Shown here: positions 29,020 to 43,807 of the stretch, one piece after another
How positions within the stretch are numbered: the first letter of the stretch is position 1
Layout: every line of letters begins with the position of its first letter
Source of the DNA: Geosiphon pyriformis uo1
Taxonomy: Eukaryota; Fungi; Glomeromycota
DNA length: 64,000 nucleotides
Assembly (NCBI GenBank): GCA_016748015.1
Contig: JAAOMT010000074.1
Span: 1 to 64,000, forward strand
Direction: 5' to 3'
Translations under genes and position numbers: made by a program
Notes under the pieces: generated by a model
What the model was told of the DNA's origin: nothing
What the model saw: the letters and a program-made list of their open reading frames with translations, nothing else
The model's database searches: none

Positions 29020-29418
29020 ACAAATAAAGTTTAACTGCTATATAGTACATAAAACCAAACTAAATAACTTAAACTAAATACAATTCATGTTTTTACTATA
29101 TGTGACCAGCCACTTAGACCAGACAAAACAACACTAAATATTTATATTAATATATATATCTTTATCCAAACCAAAAAAGAAAAGACACTATTTATGTTTA
29201 CCAAAACTAACTGCAAAAGACTTTATTATACTAAGCAACTAAATCATTTTATTTAACAATATAAATACCATATAATAAGACAAACCTAAAACTATGCCAC
29301 TATTTTTGATTAATCCAATTTTTTTTATATTTATTTTATACTTCAATCTCATAAGTCATATTTTAGTTCAATATAATTTTACTAAATGTTTTATATACTC
29401 AACAAAAGCAGAAGCCAT

Positions 29419-30432
29419 TGTTACCTGAGTAGAAAAACCAATCCAAAGTTATAAAAAAATGTGACCAAAACATAACATAACACAGAATAGTACACAATAA
29501 TATGGGATAATACATTATAATTAAAGATAATGCAGAATAATGCGTTATAATATAGAATAACACAGAATAATATGTAATAACACCAGATAATGTGTTATAA
29601 CATAGGATAACTAGTACTAATATAGAAAAATGAAACAATTACAGAAATAGCAAAGCAATAGTTAGTAATAATGAAACAATCAAAAAGCAATTCTATAAAA
29701 CCAAAAGAATGTATAAAAATAAGTAGTTAAGAAAAATAGAAAGACATCTAGATATGAACCATTAGACAAGAATCAAATATCTATACCCTTTTATCATTTA
29801 TTCTATTCCATATTCATTTTCTGAAATAAATCAATTATTAAGAAATCAGAATCATGAATTTATGTTCTTGAACTTTGTAGAATTTACATGAATTAATCAT
29901 TGTTTCATACCTTCATTTTAGAACAGATGCTCTTAATATAACTGCCTCAAATTATTAACAATTTGGACCAATCACTCTTGATCATGGTGATTGACAATAC
30001 TAATTTATCTTTTTTTTTATTTTCTTTTTTATTTTATTTTTTTTTTGTGGAGCAGCAACATAGTAAAATTAACTGTTTAAGAATAGACTTCATGATAGTC
30101 TGATAAAAGAAAGAAGCTCTCCCTAAGTTTTGGATATTAACATTATCTTGTTAGCTTATTAGAAGAGCAAAAAAACAATGCTGAACTTTAACAATTGTGC
30201 TTGTTAGCTTGGAGAAAATAGCTCATATTTATAAGAAGTTACAAACAGTAAAAGCCAAATTTCTGTGCTTTATAACCAAAGAACTCAATAGATAAATTCA
30301 CAAACAGCAAATAAGATCTTTAGAGACTGATAATTAAAACTAAGCCAACAGAATTACACAAAACACACATTACCAATAATTAAGAGCACTAAATATTATC
30401 ATTTCTCTACTCTACCAAGTTTATTCATAACA
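29419..30432 (+). mobile_element. Solo LTR, Gypsy-2 family; TSD CCAT/TTAT
   Basis: TGTTA...TAACA termini; reverse complement of 53648-54741. The flanking 4-mers differ by two C>T changes. Confidence 0.9.
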
Positions 30433-30899
30433 TTATCTTTACTTTTCTATTAAAAACTGTGGCAGTTTTAGCATACTAGTCTTTTAGCACAAATTTTTTG
30501 TAAATTATCATATACAAACTTATGTTTGATAAATATTGAGAAAGTGTTTGTAAAACAGTAGAAAAAGACAAATAATAAGCACTTATCAATAATACTTATT
30601 TCTTAAAAGCTTTTACCAAAATATTTTCTCAAATATTACTATTTTTAGCATAAGCAAAAACATAATTAGATAATTTTATCTTATTATACAACAAACACAG
30701 CACATTAGAATATATTTTATCATACAATCTCTTTTTAACTGCTATAGATAATTACTTGTGTACAGCTTTTATTAAATATATATGTATATTTGCAAACTTT
30801 TTACTAGTAAATTCAGAAAATATATATAAGTTAAAATGTCAGATCTTTATAATAGTTAGCCAATCCACCTTTTTAATTAGCACACAATTATATTTATTA

Positions 30900-33091
30900 A
30901 ATAAAAAAATAAAAACAATAATAATTATTAAATAAAAATCATTTTTTTAAATTTTAAATAATATAAATAATATTGTAAAATATGTAAAAATTTTATAATT
31001 TAATTATTTAACAAAAAATTAAAATAAGTAATTAGAATAATTAATTTTAGATTAATAAATAATATAAAATATTATTAAAAAATATATATAAATAACAATA
31101 AAAACATAATTTAAAAAAAAATTTCAAATAAAATATTTATTAAAATTATTAATTTAAACCAAAAAAACAAAGTAATTTTTTTGATTTTTTTGTTAATTAT
31201 AACTTAAACCAAAAATATTTGTTTTGAATAAGTATATATTATTTCAAAATAAAAAACTTTTTTTTGATATATTTTTATAATTATATTTAAAACAAAAAGT
31301 AAAAAATTTACAATTTTTATTTTTTAAAGTATTTAATAATATTTTTATTAATAAGATATTTATAGCTATTAAAATTGTTTAATAGTATTTTATAAAAATA
31401 TTATTCTTAAATAAAATAATAATAAATTGGTTTTTTATTAATTTTAAATTACTATTTTTATTTTAGTTAAAAGTTTTTTTAAATAATTAATTAAGACTAA
31501 TTCTAATATAATTATTATTATTATATAAAATTTTAAAAATTTTAATAACAAATTAGTAATAAAGTTATGTTAAAAAACCAAAAAATGAATTTTGTTTTCT
31601 TTTTTTTGATATCTTTTAAAGTATTACTTATTTTTTAAAATCTATTTCTTTTTTTGTGAAAAATAAAATATTATATATTATTTAGTTTTTCTAATATTTA
31701 CATCAATTTTATAGTAATTATATTAATTATAATATTTAATTCAGATTTGGTTATAAATAATAATCTTTTTTTATATTTAAATAATAATAATAACAACATA
31801 TTTGCTGAAATTAACTCTAATTAATACTTAATTAAATTGTTTAATATATTGAATTCTGGTCAATTTTTATTGATCTAAAAGTTAAACAAATTATATTTTT
31901 ATATATAACTTTAAATAATTAATCTATTAAGTTATTTAATATTAAAAATTAAGCTAATTAAATAAAAAAAAATTTTTTTTGTTTTTTAATAATATTTAAA
32001 AAACATTATTAATTATTAAAAGTTTTTTAAATAAATAATTTTTATTTTAATATATTTTTATATATTTAAATTTATTAAAATTTTTTCGTGGTTTTTGTGT
32101 TTGATTTTGTTTTTAATATTATTGTTTTTTTAAGTCTTTATATATAATATTAAAAATATTATAAGTATTTTTGGTAAAATTTTTTAGTATTAAGTTAAAG
32201 TTTGTTAATTAGTAATAATATAGTGTTATTTATTTTAAGTTATATGTATTTTTAAATATTATTTTAACTTATTAGTTTATTTAATAAAAAAAATAATGTT
32301 AAAATTTTTTTTTTATCAATTAAAAAAAAATAAATGTTTTTAAAAACACTTTTAAAACCAAATTAATAAACTTTTTTCTGATTGTATTGTTTTTAAAATT
32401 AATGAAATGATTTTTTTAAGTATATAATTATATTTTTTTTATTTTTTTATTTTTTAAATATGTTTAATAATTAAAATATATTATTATTATATTTGGTTTT
32501 TAAAAAAAACTAAATATTGTAATTATTAAAACTAATGCTTTAAAAAAAAGTTATATTTGCTAAAAAATTTTTGATTATTAATAATGTTTTAAATATTAAA
32601 ATTTAGATTATTTGATATTTAATTATAAAATATTATTATTTTTTTTTTTAAAGTTTTTTGTTCAAATTTGTAATTAATCTTAAAATTTTTGTGTTTTTTT
32701 TTTTCCCCTATTTTTACGAATGAAGTCCAACCGTTATCTAGCATACAGAAATCTTTGTGTTTTATTTTGTTAATACAAAATTTTATACCAAATCTGTTAT
32801 TTTTTAAATTTTTAAATTTTTTTGGTCTTTTTTATTGTTATTATAATTATTAATTTTATAATTAACTTTAAATTAATATTTTAAAATCTTAACTTGTTAA
32901 ATTGGCTTTACTAATTAATTTTATTATAAAACTTATTAATATTTTGGTTTTTGTAATAAGAAAATTTATTAATAATTATAATTTTGTAAAAATTAAAATA
33001 AAAAATAAAATATTTGCAATTAAAAAAAAATAATTAACATTTTTAGAAAAATTGTTAATAATTTAAACAAAAAAATAATAGGTTTAAACAA

Positions 33092-33125
<34 letters not shown>

Positions 33126-33410
33126 TATTTAAAAAAATCTAAATTTTTTTTGTTAAAATAATAATACTTTAAAAGCTATAAACTTTTAATATTCAAATTT
33201 AATACAAATAAAATCATTATATATAATTGACTGGTTTAGTTTTTGGTAATAATAATTTTAATTGTAATTATATATAAAATAACTGTTTTAAATAAATTTG
33301 TTTCTGTAAATTTAACATAATTTAATCTAAATTAAACTTGTATTTAATTATATGTAAAAAGCATGTAAATTATATATATATTTATATATATGTATATATA
33401 TATATATAAA
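30900..33410. other. Ultra-AT-rich zone bordering the host island (left)
   Basis: Almost devoid of G/C; no ORFs. Confidence 0.75.
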
Positions 33411-34238
33411 ATTATTATGAAATTAAACAAATTTTCGATTCTGATAATTCAAAATCCCTTGAAAAATGAGATTTTTTGAACTAGATTATATGAATTTTAT
33501 CAAAACAGTGATCTATTTTCGAATAAATATTATATAATTTTCGAAAACAAATTTTGTTTAATTTTCAAAAAAAAAAAAAGATCATTGGTTACGGGGATAT
33601 AAACGTGTTTACTCTGATAAAAAAGCTTATTATCAGTAATTAATGTGTGTGTGTGTATGTGTATGCTTTAAAATTTTTAATGTAAATTTAATTACTTTTT
33701 ATGTTTCTTGTTCGATTATTTTAGTAATAAATCATCATCTTTTTTCATTTTGTCTTGATACTTTATCAAAAATTGATATCAATTGTACTACTGTTACATT
33801 ATCTTAAATCAAAAACGCGGGAAAAAACAAGAAAGCTCATGTTTAGATGAGTAGGATACTTTAACCCTTTTTCTTTTAGAGTTCGAATTGACAAGGTTTT
33901 GGAAGATTAAAATTTTTATGTGATAGGCAATATCAGAGAAACTTGTTGGTCTCACTGAGCAAAATTTTTTAATACTCTGAGTTTTTTTTTTGGGGGGGGG
34001 GGGGGGGGGNNNNNNNNNNNNNNNNNNNNGGGGAGGGGGTATATGCGTTTTTTTATGTACAAAAAAAAGAAAACAAAAATTCTTATTCTATTTTTTTTTT
34101 CAACAGAATTAAACTAAGTAGAGTAATTTTGGAACCAAGAAGCATAATCTGATGGGTTGGTACACAAGTAAAGTGATGAGTTTGTTTCAGTTGATGATAT
34201 CGTAGTAAAAGTAAATAGTAAATAGTAAATAGTAATAG

Positions 34239-34325
34239 TAGTGGTAGTGGTAGTGGTAGTGGTAGTGGTAGTGGTAGTGGTAGTGGTAGTGGTAGTGGTG
34301 ATAGTGGTAGTGGTAATGGTAGTGG
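34239..34325. repeat. (GTAGTG)n microsatellite
   Basis: Direct inspection. Confidence 0.95.
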
Positions 34326-34860
34326 GTGCTCCCTTGAATTGATATTATAGATAAGAGAGCGAGAAAACGTGGATATAATATATAATGATGGCAGTCTTAG
34401 AATTTTTATTGATTAAAAAAGGGACAAAGCAATTAATATTTTGGAATTTATTACGACTATCACTAATCCCACTTTGTTTTGGTTCGTGGAATCTGAATGA
34501 TGGGTAATTAAATTTTGATTTTAAGGGAAAGCTAAAGTTAGAAAGAAACAAAAGAGTGAAAGTTCTTGTTGTGAGGGAAGATGATCGGGTTTCGAACGAT
34601 CGAAGAGTAAATTTGTCTCCTATGGGCTTTTTTTACATAAAAAGTTCATATTTTTTTCTTCCGAGTAAAACCACAATGTTTAATCAATTGGTAGGACGTG
34701 CGTTCACTCGGCTTCCCATATAATGCCTATTCCACCATATCACACACACAAATTCTACTCGGCTCGAAGGAACGAAAAATACCGAGACAAATTTCCCTCG
34801 GGAAAAAATTCAATTTCCCAATTTTTTTTTTTTGAGCACTATTTTAATTGAAAGGCGTAA

Positions 34861-36488
34861 TTAAAAGACTTGGCCCTTGAACACCACTGTCGAACACCAG
34901 TGCACAATATCTCGAACACCGGTGGCAAGAATAACAGCCTTATCAACAAGACCATCATGTTCCTTTTCTTTTTCATTATCACGACCTCGTTGTGTTTGCT
35001 CCCGTGACAGTTTCTCTGATTGAGCAGCAGCAGCGGCGGCAGAGCGTGGTATTGTGGAATTTGATGTATTTAGTGGTGAACCAACCAAAAGTTCGGGTGG
35101 ATCAAAATGGCCAAACATTTCTGTCGTGAAAACACCCATATCTACAAAGTCCATAACATCCAAATCATTGTCATCATCCCAATGATATGATGAAGATGTT
35201 CTGGTCGTTGAATAATTACTATAATCCCGATAATCATCAGAAGTTGATATAGGTATGGAAGAGTTGGTAGAAGGTGAAGGAGATGGGGTAGGTGGAGTTC
35301 TAGGGTAATTGATAGGAACGGATGATCTATCCTGACTTGAAGAACTTTCAAAACTTGATGAAGAGGCAGGATTACTCCTATAAACATTATCATATTTATC
35401 ATCACATTTTGAATTGTTATTGTAAAGAGCAGAATACTCATTATGATGCAATCGGTCAGACTTTAATTTGGTAGGTTCAAGTTTGTGTATTGTCGTGCAT
35501 TCCTTCTTTTTGATATTTATAAATTTACGGGAGCTTCTCGAGGAAATGGCATTATCATCACTACTATTGCTCCCACTACTTTCATGACCATCCTCACATT
35601 TTGATGTAGCATCAAGCTGTTCCTCTGTTTCTTCCTCCTCCTCTGCTGAATCGACCGCAATGTATTGTTCCACTTGATCGTTGAAACGAATGCGATGATT
35701 TTCTTGACGGCGTTGTTTTTGTTGCCTTCCTGACAGGCTGGACGACTTGGGGATTGATGATGAGAGTGGCTGAACTTGATTGTAAATAGGATCCTCTTCC
35801 ATCCTCTGTGACCGATTCTTATCCTCAAAAGGATTCTTTTTTAGAAGTTGCGAGTCAGAATGGCTAGGGATCTTAATGATGCGTTTACCATTCTCTCCTG
35901 TTCGTAATCGTTCCGATATGGATTTCTTTTTGAGACATGACTTTTGACAGGTTCCCGGATTATGATGCATCAATCCTAACTTATCTTGAAGGGTAGGTGA
36001 TTTAGGTTGTATATATTCTTCATGTTTACTATATGACCATGCAGTGTGCAATGGACCATATAACCATGTCACATCGCTATCTTTCATCCTATAAAAGGAA
36101 AGAAGTAGAGAAATAGGAGCGAATAAACATGAGTAATGATTACGCGTGTAAAGTAGTCGATTTGATCATGAAAATTTCCCCAAAACGCAAACCGAGTAGT
36201 TTGACAATGATAATCTTTGGGATACACTTACCAATTAAGCTTCTCGGGATTCACGGTATTCAAATGATATTTTTGTTTCGCCCAGGTTCTCCAGGAAGCA
36301 TTCTCCAGTCGAACGCCATTAACAATTTCTTTTTTTTGTTTGGACATGACTTTCCATGATGTCCATATGTCATCCTCCTTTTTCCAATCGTGTGAAAGGT
36401 AATCGACACAGATCTCGGGTGGACGTTGTATTCCAGGAATCACACCATGAATGACTCCATCATCGGGGATCATGACAAGGGTTTGCAT
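34861..36488 (-). CDS. REG1: REG1/Hex2-like protein phosphatase 1 regulatory subunit (DUF1752 domain); exons 36488-36232 and 36088-34861; possible N-terminal extension to ~36749
   Basis: CVDYLSHDW..DIWTSW..NGVRLENASWRTWAK..LNW|MKDSDVTWLYGPL is the DUF1752/Reg1 signature, and RIRFNDQVEQYIAV contains an RVxF-type motif. The GTAAGT...TAG intron 36231-36089 rejoins TG|G in frame. Confidence 0.9.
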
Positions 36489-36595
36489 GGAGCAACGTCG
36501 AGTCTGAGTATAATATGTAGTTGGGATATTCTCCTTTTCACTATCAGGATCAACTTTGTTATCAAATTGACACTGATTCTGTTGCGGTTGCTGTG

Positions 36596-36627
<32 letters not shown>

Positions 36628-36849
36628 AGATATTGCTGTTTCTTTTTGATAATTGTAGATGTGGTATCAATTATATCAGTGGTTTTGGCGTTTGGGGTAG
36701 AATTTGTGCGGGCTTGAGCCACGCTGGACCTGTTTATTATTGCAGGCAGTTTGATATAGTTTTCTCGGTTGTTGCTGGTTCACGATTGAACACCAACAAC
36801 AAGAAAAAGATTGGTGGTTGGTCAAGATTTGACGAGAAAAGAGGTTGGT

Positions 36850-36929
36850 CTGGAAATAGAGAAATGGTAAGTTTGAATGAAAGTCAGTAAAAAGTTTAGT
36901 CTTGAGTAGTTTGAGAAGAGTTAAATAAA

Positions 36930-36964
<35 letters not shown>

Positions 36965-37122
36965 AAGAGAGAGAGTCGGAGAAAAGTACAAATCGAGGAG
37001 AAGCGGAAAAAGTATTTAGTTAATTTTAGAAAAATAGGGATCACAAAATAGATATCAAGTTTCGAGGTACAAAGGAAAAAGCAAGATTCAAAACCAGTAT
37101 TCAAAAAAAGATAAAAACTTAC
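36850..37122 (-). other. Probable 5'-UTR intron of the REG1-like gene
   Basis: GTAAGT donor at 37122, TACTGAC branch-like site, pyrimidine tract and CAG acceptor ending at 36850. Confidence 0.55.
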
Positions 37123-37589
37123 CAAATTGTATTGTTAAAAAAAAAAATAAAAAAAAAATAGAGTTGGGGGGTGAGAGGGTTTTTTTTTATTCTTTTTGAG
37201 CGTCGTTATCTTTTATCAGTGGCAATAGACGGAATAGGAGACAAAAGGTTTTAAAAGGTGGTTATATATATATTTTCCAATAAATTATCGTTTTTTTCTT
37301 TTGGTCTAGTTTCAAAAACAAAATAGATATGTAGAACAAGAAAAAAAGTATCGAATCTTTTTGGTTATAGTAGTTTTGGTAGTTTTGTTTGTTTTTTTTT
37401 TTTTTTTAAAAAAAATAAAAAAAAGAGGATCAAAAAAAAAACTTTAAAGATAAAAGAGAAACTATTTTTTCTGTTCGGAATCACCAGGATATGGGTATAT
37501 ATATATATATATATGAATATTGTAATTATACTATAAAAATCCCAATAGATATTTTGTCGTTTTATAGAGAAACACTTATTAGTATACTA

Positions 37590-37628
<39 letters not shown>

Positions 37629-37812
37629 TAATGATAAAAAAGTTTGTTTCGTATTTTATGGCGGTGGTAGTGGTTTTCGTCGTCGTCGTCGTCGTCGTCG
37701 TCGCAGTAGGATGAAGGTGATGGGTGATGATAAAGATGATGCTGATGATGGATTGAAAAGTGATAATTTTTGTAATTTCACTCACCTAGGAAAGAAAGGA
37801 AGAATTACGACC

Positions 37813-37856
<44 letters not shown>

Positions 37857-37876
37857 NNNNNNNNNNNNNNNNNNNN

Positions 37877-37935
<59 letters not shown>

Positions 37936-38880
37936 TTTTTTTTCACCTGAATTATTAAGGTACTTCATAAATATATGTTCACAAGATATTATTAAAATAG
38001 TTTAAAAAAAAATTTTTTTTTTTTTTTATATTGAAAGTTAAATTATATGTGCATTTTTTTACGCGAATAAAAAGAGACGAAAAAGAAATGCAAATCATTA
38101 TCATTATTAATAGTATAATATTTTTTCTAAAAAGTATTACAAAGTGTGTAACAACGACAACAACAACAACAACAACAAAATAATAATAATAATAAATAAT
38201 AAATAATAAATTAAATAAAAATATCAATTCAACTCCTGAATAGTGAAATAAATCGGAAAGGTGATTTGTCGGATTAGCACACCAAAGTTTATCGATATGA
38301 ATGATGTTTTTAAAGTTTTTTTAATTTTGGTTGGTTTATTTTATTGGTTTATTTTATTTTGGTGTTTCTCCATAATTATCATGGATCTGAGAATGAAAAT
38401 TTTTTTGTGAAAGCAATTAATTTTAGTGATGATGATGATGATGATGATGATGATGGCAAAAAAAAGATTGTTAAAAAAAATTTCTGAAATTCCGTCTCAA
38501 AATGGAAATTTTTCGAAATCCGATTAATTACATCAAAAAGATCCAAAATCACGAAATCAACGATATCCGTTAACTTTTAAAGTCTGATTCCATGACTCAA
38601 ATTCAAAATTGACCGGTATTTTCCATTATCAATAAATCCCATCAAACAATCCAAGTAAGGGAAAAAGCGGAATGGAAATCTTTTTTTGTGAACGAATTAT
38701 CGCAATCGATGTTACCAAATACATTCACAATCATAATTCTCTTCATCATTAAATAGTTTGGTGGAATATAATCCTTGATTACGATTGATATTTATAAAAT
38801 TGATCAAATACTATTAAGATCAGCTTATCACAAATTTAAAAAACTTTACCTCAAATTGAATCTTGCATTCCCTTCTCTTT

Positions 38881-38911
<31 letters not shown>

Positions 38912-39146
38912 AAGGTAATCATCATCTGTGATAAATATCATTAATCGAATAATCATTCGATTTAATCAAGGGATATGGTTCAAGTTTTTTTTTTTGATTC
39001 ATAATATTAATGATCCTATTAGGATAATGGCATGATCCAATTTGGGGCATTGGGGAAATCAACTCAAGAACCCATCATATGTCAATAGTAAATCGCTGAA
39101 ATCACCTGTTCTTTCGGAAAAGAAGGATTGTTTTTTCTATGCCATA

Positions 39147-39218
<72 letters not shown>

Positions 39219-39757
39219 TCAATTATTATTATTTCAATTATTATTATTATTTCAATTATTAATGATTATTTCAATTATTCCTAATCAATTCTGATTCGTG
39301 ACTACGCAATATCATGAATCATTTCGAAAAGTTCATCAGAGATGACAATTTTTGTAACTTAAATTTTCTTTTATTTCATTCTTTATTAATGCGTAATCCG
39401 GTGAACCAATCGGGAATTTTTCATATTAAAAATATTTCAAGGGATAAAATTTTTATGCATGCTGCGTATGGCTGGTACCTTACATCCCCGAATTCCTCCG
39501 ACTTTTTTAAAGATATGTCTATGGTGTATGATGAAGGTTTTAACAATTTTTCGTTGAAAATGCGAAAAACCGAAAAAAAAAAATTTAGTTTGATGATCGA
39601 CGTGTGATATGTAAATCAATTTTCATGTGACTTTTGGATATATCCGTGATTCACTCCTTCTTAACACACAATCGATGATAAAAAACCTTAATCAGGCATC
39701 ACCTCTTTAGAACGGAACAGAAGAAAAAAAATATTTAAATGAAATTTTTGCATATTT

Positions 39758-39894
<137 letters not shown>

Positions 39895-41309
39895 CAATGT
39901 TAATAAAAATAATGATAATGATAATGATAATGTGAAAGATATTGATAATGGCAACGACAATGACACTCATAATATTAATAATATTAATAATGGCAATGGT
40001 AATGATAAATTTTTTTTAATGTTATGCGTGTTATACTATTAATATCTTTAGTTACTATCATTCTATTTAGTAAGCCAGATGGGTTCCCGATAAATTTAAA
40101 AAAATTGGGAGTATTATATGCTATAAAAGTCATATCTGATAGTTTATTTGAATAAAGTTTATTGAGACATAAACTAATAGATAAATCCTAAACAATTTAC
40201 CGCGGTTCATTATCATTCGAATGAATATCAGAGATATTATATAAAGAAGAAAGGAAGGAAGGAAGGAAGGAAGGAAGGAAAGAAGGAAGGAAAGAAGAAA
40301 GAAAGAAAGAAAGAAAACTTTTTTTCCGACATGACCATCTAAAAACTTTTACGAAAATCCCATCTGGGATGGACTATACTAAACAAAAATGTAAATTCGT
40401 GATTAATGATTTTAAGTTTGTCATCATTATTTGATTGTAATTATGATTATTTCATAGGGTCTTTTATATTTTCATAATTTATATATAATAAACTTGAGAT
40501 ATTTTTAAATGTTAAATGTTAAATTTTAGTAAAATAGCTAATTTCAAACCTATGAATTATTGGATAGTAAAGATATTTTTAATTTTTGAAAAACCAATAA
40601 ATTTTTATCCACAGAAACATTATTCACTATTTCTGTAAAATGTATGATGACATTTTTGTGTCTTATTATTCAAGATTTTAAGAAACTTCTCTTAGTACAT
40701 AGGTAGGTAGGTAGGTAGGTAGGTAGGTAGGTAGGTTGGTTGGTTGGTTGGTAGGTAGGTAGGTTGATTGATTGATTGATTGAAAACAAAGAATTAAAAA
40801 ATAGCTTCCATAATACTTTGACACATTACACGTAGAATGATTACGTTTCTTAAAACGCAGTTAAAAAAAAAACTTCTATAGAAAATTTTCTTTTTTTAGA
40901 TCTTTCACCAACCACAATTACGCAATTGAGGAACAGTGGTCAAAGGTGTTTTGTGTTTGTGTGTTTCTGTTTCTGTGTTCGTGTTTCTGTTTCTGTTTGT
41001 GTTTGTGTTTATGTTTGTGTCAGATTTTGAGATTTCTACGACCATCATTTTTTCTTAAATGTGTAACCGAAAAAGACCTTTTTGAAACATTAAAAACGCG
41101 TCTATTCTTTGGATAAGTAAGTAATTGAAACATTGAAATGATTATAACTTGATAATAAGGATAAAAGATCGGAATTCATAGAAAAAAATAATAATAATTA
41201 GCTTGAATGTAAAAAATTTCCTTTTCTGTTCCTTTAAAAGAGATTTAATTTTTTCTTTTCTTTTCTTTTCTTTTCCCTTTGTACAAATACTCCGTAATCT
41301 CATTGATTA

Positions 41310-41350
<41 letters not shown>

Positions 41351-43494
41351 AATGTCCATGATGCTATTGAGTTTTCCTCATTTTTAATTTATTTTACAAC
41401 ATTGATTGATGTTTGATGTTAATATTCATTAAAAATAATTCAAAATAGTATCGTGAGAACTTTTTTTTGTAAGACATATATTTTTTTTTTGATTTACTAC
41501 GGTTTTTCAAAGATCAATGGATAAATATGACCCTTTCTGCGGTGATTATTATTTTTTTTTTCATAATAAAGCTGCATAAAAGACGGATCTTTTCCATAAC
41601 TATTAATGCATCCTGGCAGTTAAACCTTTTTTAAATTAATTTCAAATGGGTTTTATTTGTGGAATTTCTAACTTTTTGGAGATAATGTAAGTAGGAGAAA
41701 AAGGGATAAAAAATAATAATTTGTAAACCATTTCTTGCATATATCTACTTGCTTTCTTTCTTGTTAGTATGTCAGTTTTTTTCCCCAGTTGGATAATTCG
41801 GGGTAGAAAAGTAAAGAAGCTTTTATATATATATTCGATATTTTTATGATAAATGAGGATATAACTATAAAAACCCACTTTATAAGCATGTTGGTGTCTA
41901 AAGTTGATGCGTAATTTCCCTTATAATAACACACACACACACACATATATATATATAGTATTAAAATTTAAATTCATTTCATTAATTCTCTAATTTTTTC
42001 CACGAAAATAAACTATTTTAAAAATTGAAATTCAATTTAATTCAAAATAATTGGTACATTAATTTGAATGGAGCAAAACTAATAATTCGGTAATCTCCCA
42101 TCCCTTATAAACGATTACTGGATTTAAATTAAAAAAAAAACAACAACAACAATCGAATAAAAATTTTTCTGTACCCAATAGTAGCAAAGGTCCGAGAATA
42201 AAAGACATTTATTTATTTCTTCATTTTAGTCTAATTTTAAGCTGAAAAATTTTTATATCGAAACTTTTTTTGGAAATTTCAAAGTTTTGTGTCATTTCCA
42301 GTCTTTTTCCTATTTGTTATTTGGGCTGTTTACTGGTAGGCAGAGCCGAGCACAGACTTTTCTAGATCATTAAACTTTTGATTAGACGCCCGAATCAAAA
42401 TTAGTTTAGTTATCTGAAAGGAAAAAAACTGGTGGTGGATAAAAGCGATCCTATAATATATCAAATCGGAGTTGTTGTTATTGTTATTGTTATTTGTTAT
42501 TGTTATTGTTATTATTATTGTTATTGTTAAACAAAAAAAAAATTTAGGATTTACCCGATCTGATAAATTTTAACCTTTTATAGAAAAGTCAAATACTAAA
42601 ACGAGTAAAAAGAAAATAATTTAAAATTTTTGCTAAAAAAAGAGTAGTATTATTTTTTTAGCGACTTTTTTTTTTATTTTTTATTTTTTTTTCCCGCACT
42701 AATATAACATGAAATCATCGTGATCATTGTTATCATTTTTTTCATTTTTCATTTTTTCATTATCGTCATTATAATCATTATCGTCATTATAATCGTTATC
42801 GTCATTGTAATCGTCATCGTCATAATGTCTGGCTAAAAAGTATTTTATTTTATTACATAATAAAAATTAATGATTAATATGAAATTTTTAATCAAAATAA
42901 TTTTTTTTTATTTTGATTAAATAATATAATATTTAATTATTTTTTATCATCATAATTATTTGTTATCATCATAATTATTACAAATATTATTATTATTATT
43001 ATTATTATTATTTATTATTATTTATTATTATTATTTATTTATTTGCTACTTTTAATTTATTTAATAAAATTAATAATTTTTTTTATTTAAATTATAATTT
43101 TAATTTCTCATCTTGATATTTAAACAAAAAATTATTTAATCAAATAAATTAATAAATTAATAAATATAATATATAATATAATATTAATTCTTATAACTTT
43201 TTTGTATTTATTTTTCAAATTAACAAGAAATCTATATATATTTATATATCTATACATCTATATATCTATATATCTATACATCTATATACCTATATATCTA
43301 TATATCTATATATCTATACATCTATATACCTATATATCTATATATCTATCTTTTTTATTAAAATTAAATTAAATAAAGTTAAATTAAATAAGTTAAATTA
43401 AATAATTTTTAAAATAATATGAAAAACTTATTTTTTGCTAAATTTTGTCAAGAAATTATAAACTCGTTTTATCGTGAATTACGCTAGTGGTTTA

Positions 43495-43565
<71 letters not shown>

Positions 43566-43735
43566 CAGTACAGAATAGGTAAAACGGATAATATTTGTAA
43601 TCTGTTCTGTCTTACAATCAATTCTACTTTTACTTAAAAAAAAATTACTTTCTTTAAGAAATAAACTAGTAAAACTTTCCCACTCAATCAGAGATCTCAC
43701 TATTACTACTATTTACTACTACTACTACTACTATT

Positions 43736-43807
<72 letters not shown>

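Larger units (their letters stand above)
28012..30890 (-). mobile_element. LINE-E: 3' fragment interrupted by two solo LTRs
   Basis: 29020-29150 is the reverse complement of the LINE 3' UTR. 30433-30890 encodes ORF2 C-terminal remnants (KKVDWLTIIKI). Confidence 0.75.

Noticed and set aside
33860-33900. GTTCGAAT T-loop-like motif suggesting a tRNA
   Set aside because: No cloverleaf stems or A-box could be formed around it.
37815-37932. Poly(T)-N-poly(A) apparent giant hairpin
   Set aside because: The two homopolymers are joined across an N gap; probably a scaffolding artefact.
40076-40366. Possible MITE bounded by CAGATGGG...CCCATCTG
   Set aside because: Only an 8-bp perfect inverted match, no TSD and no second copy in the window.
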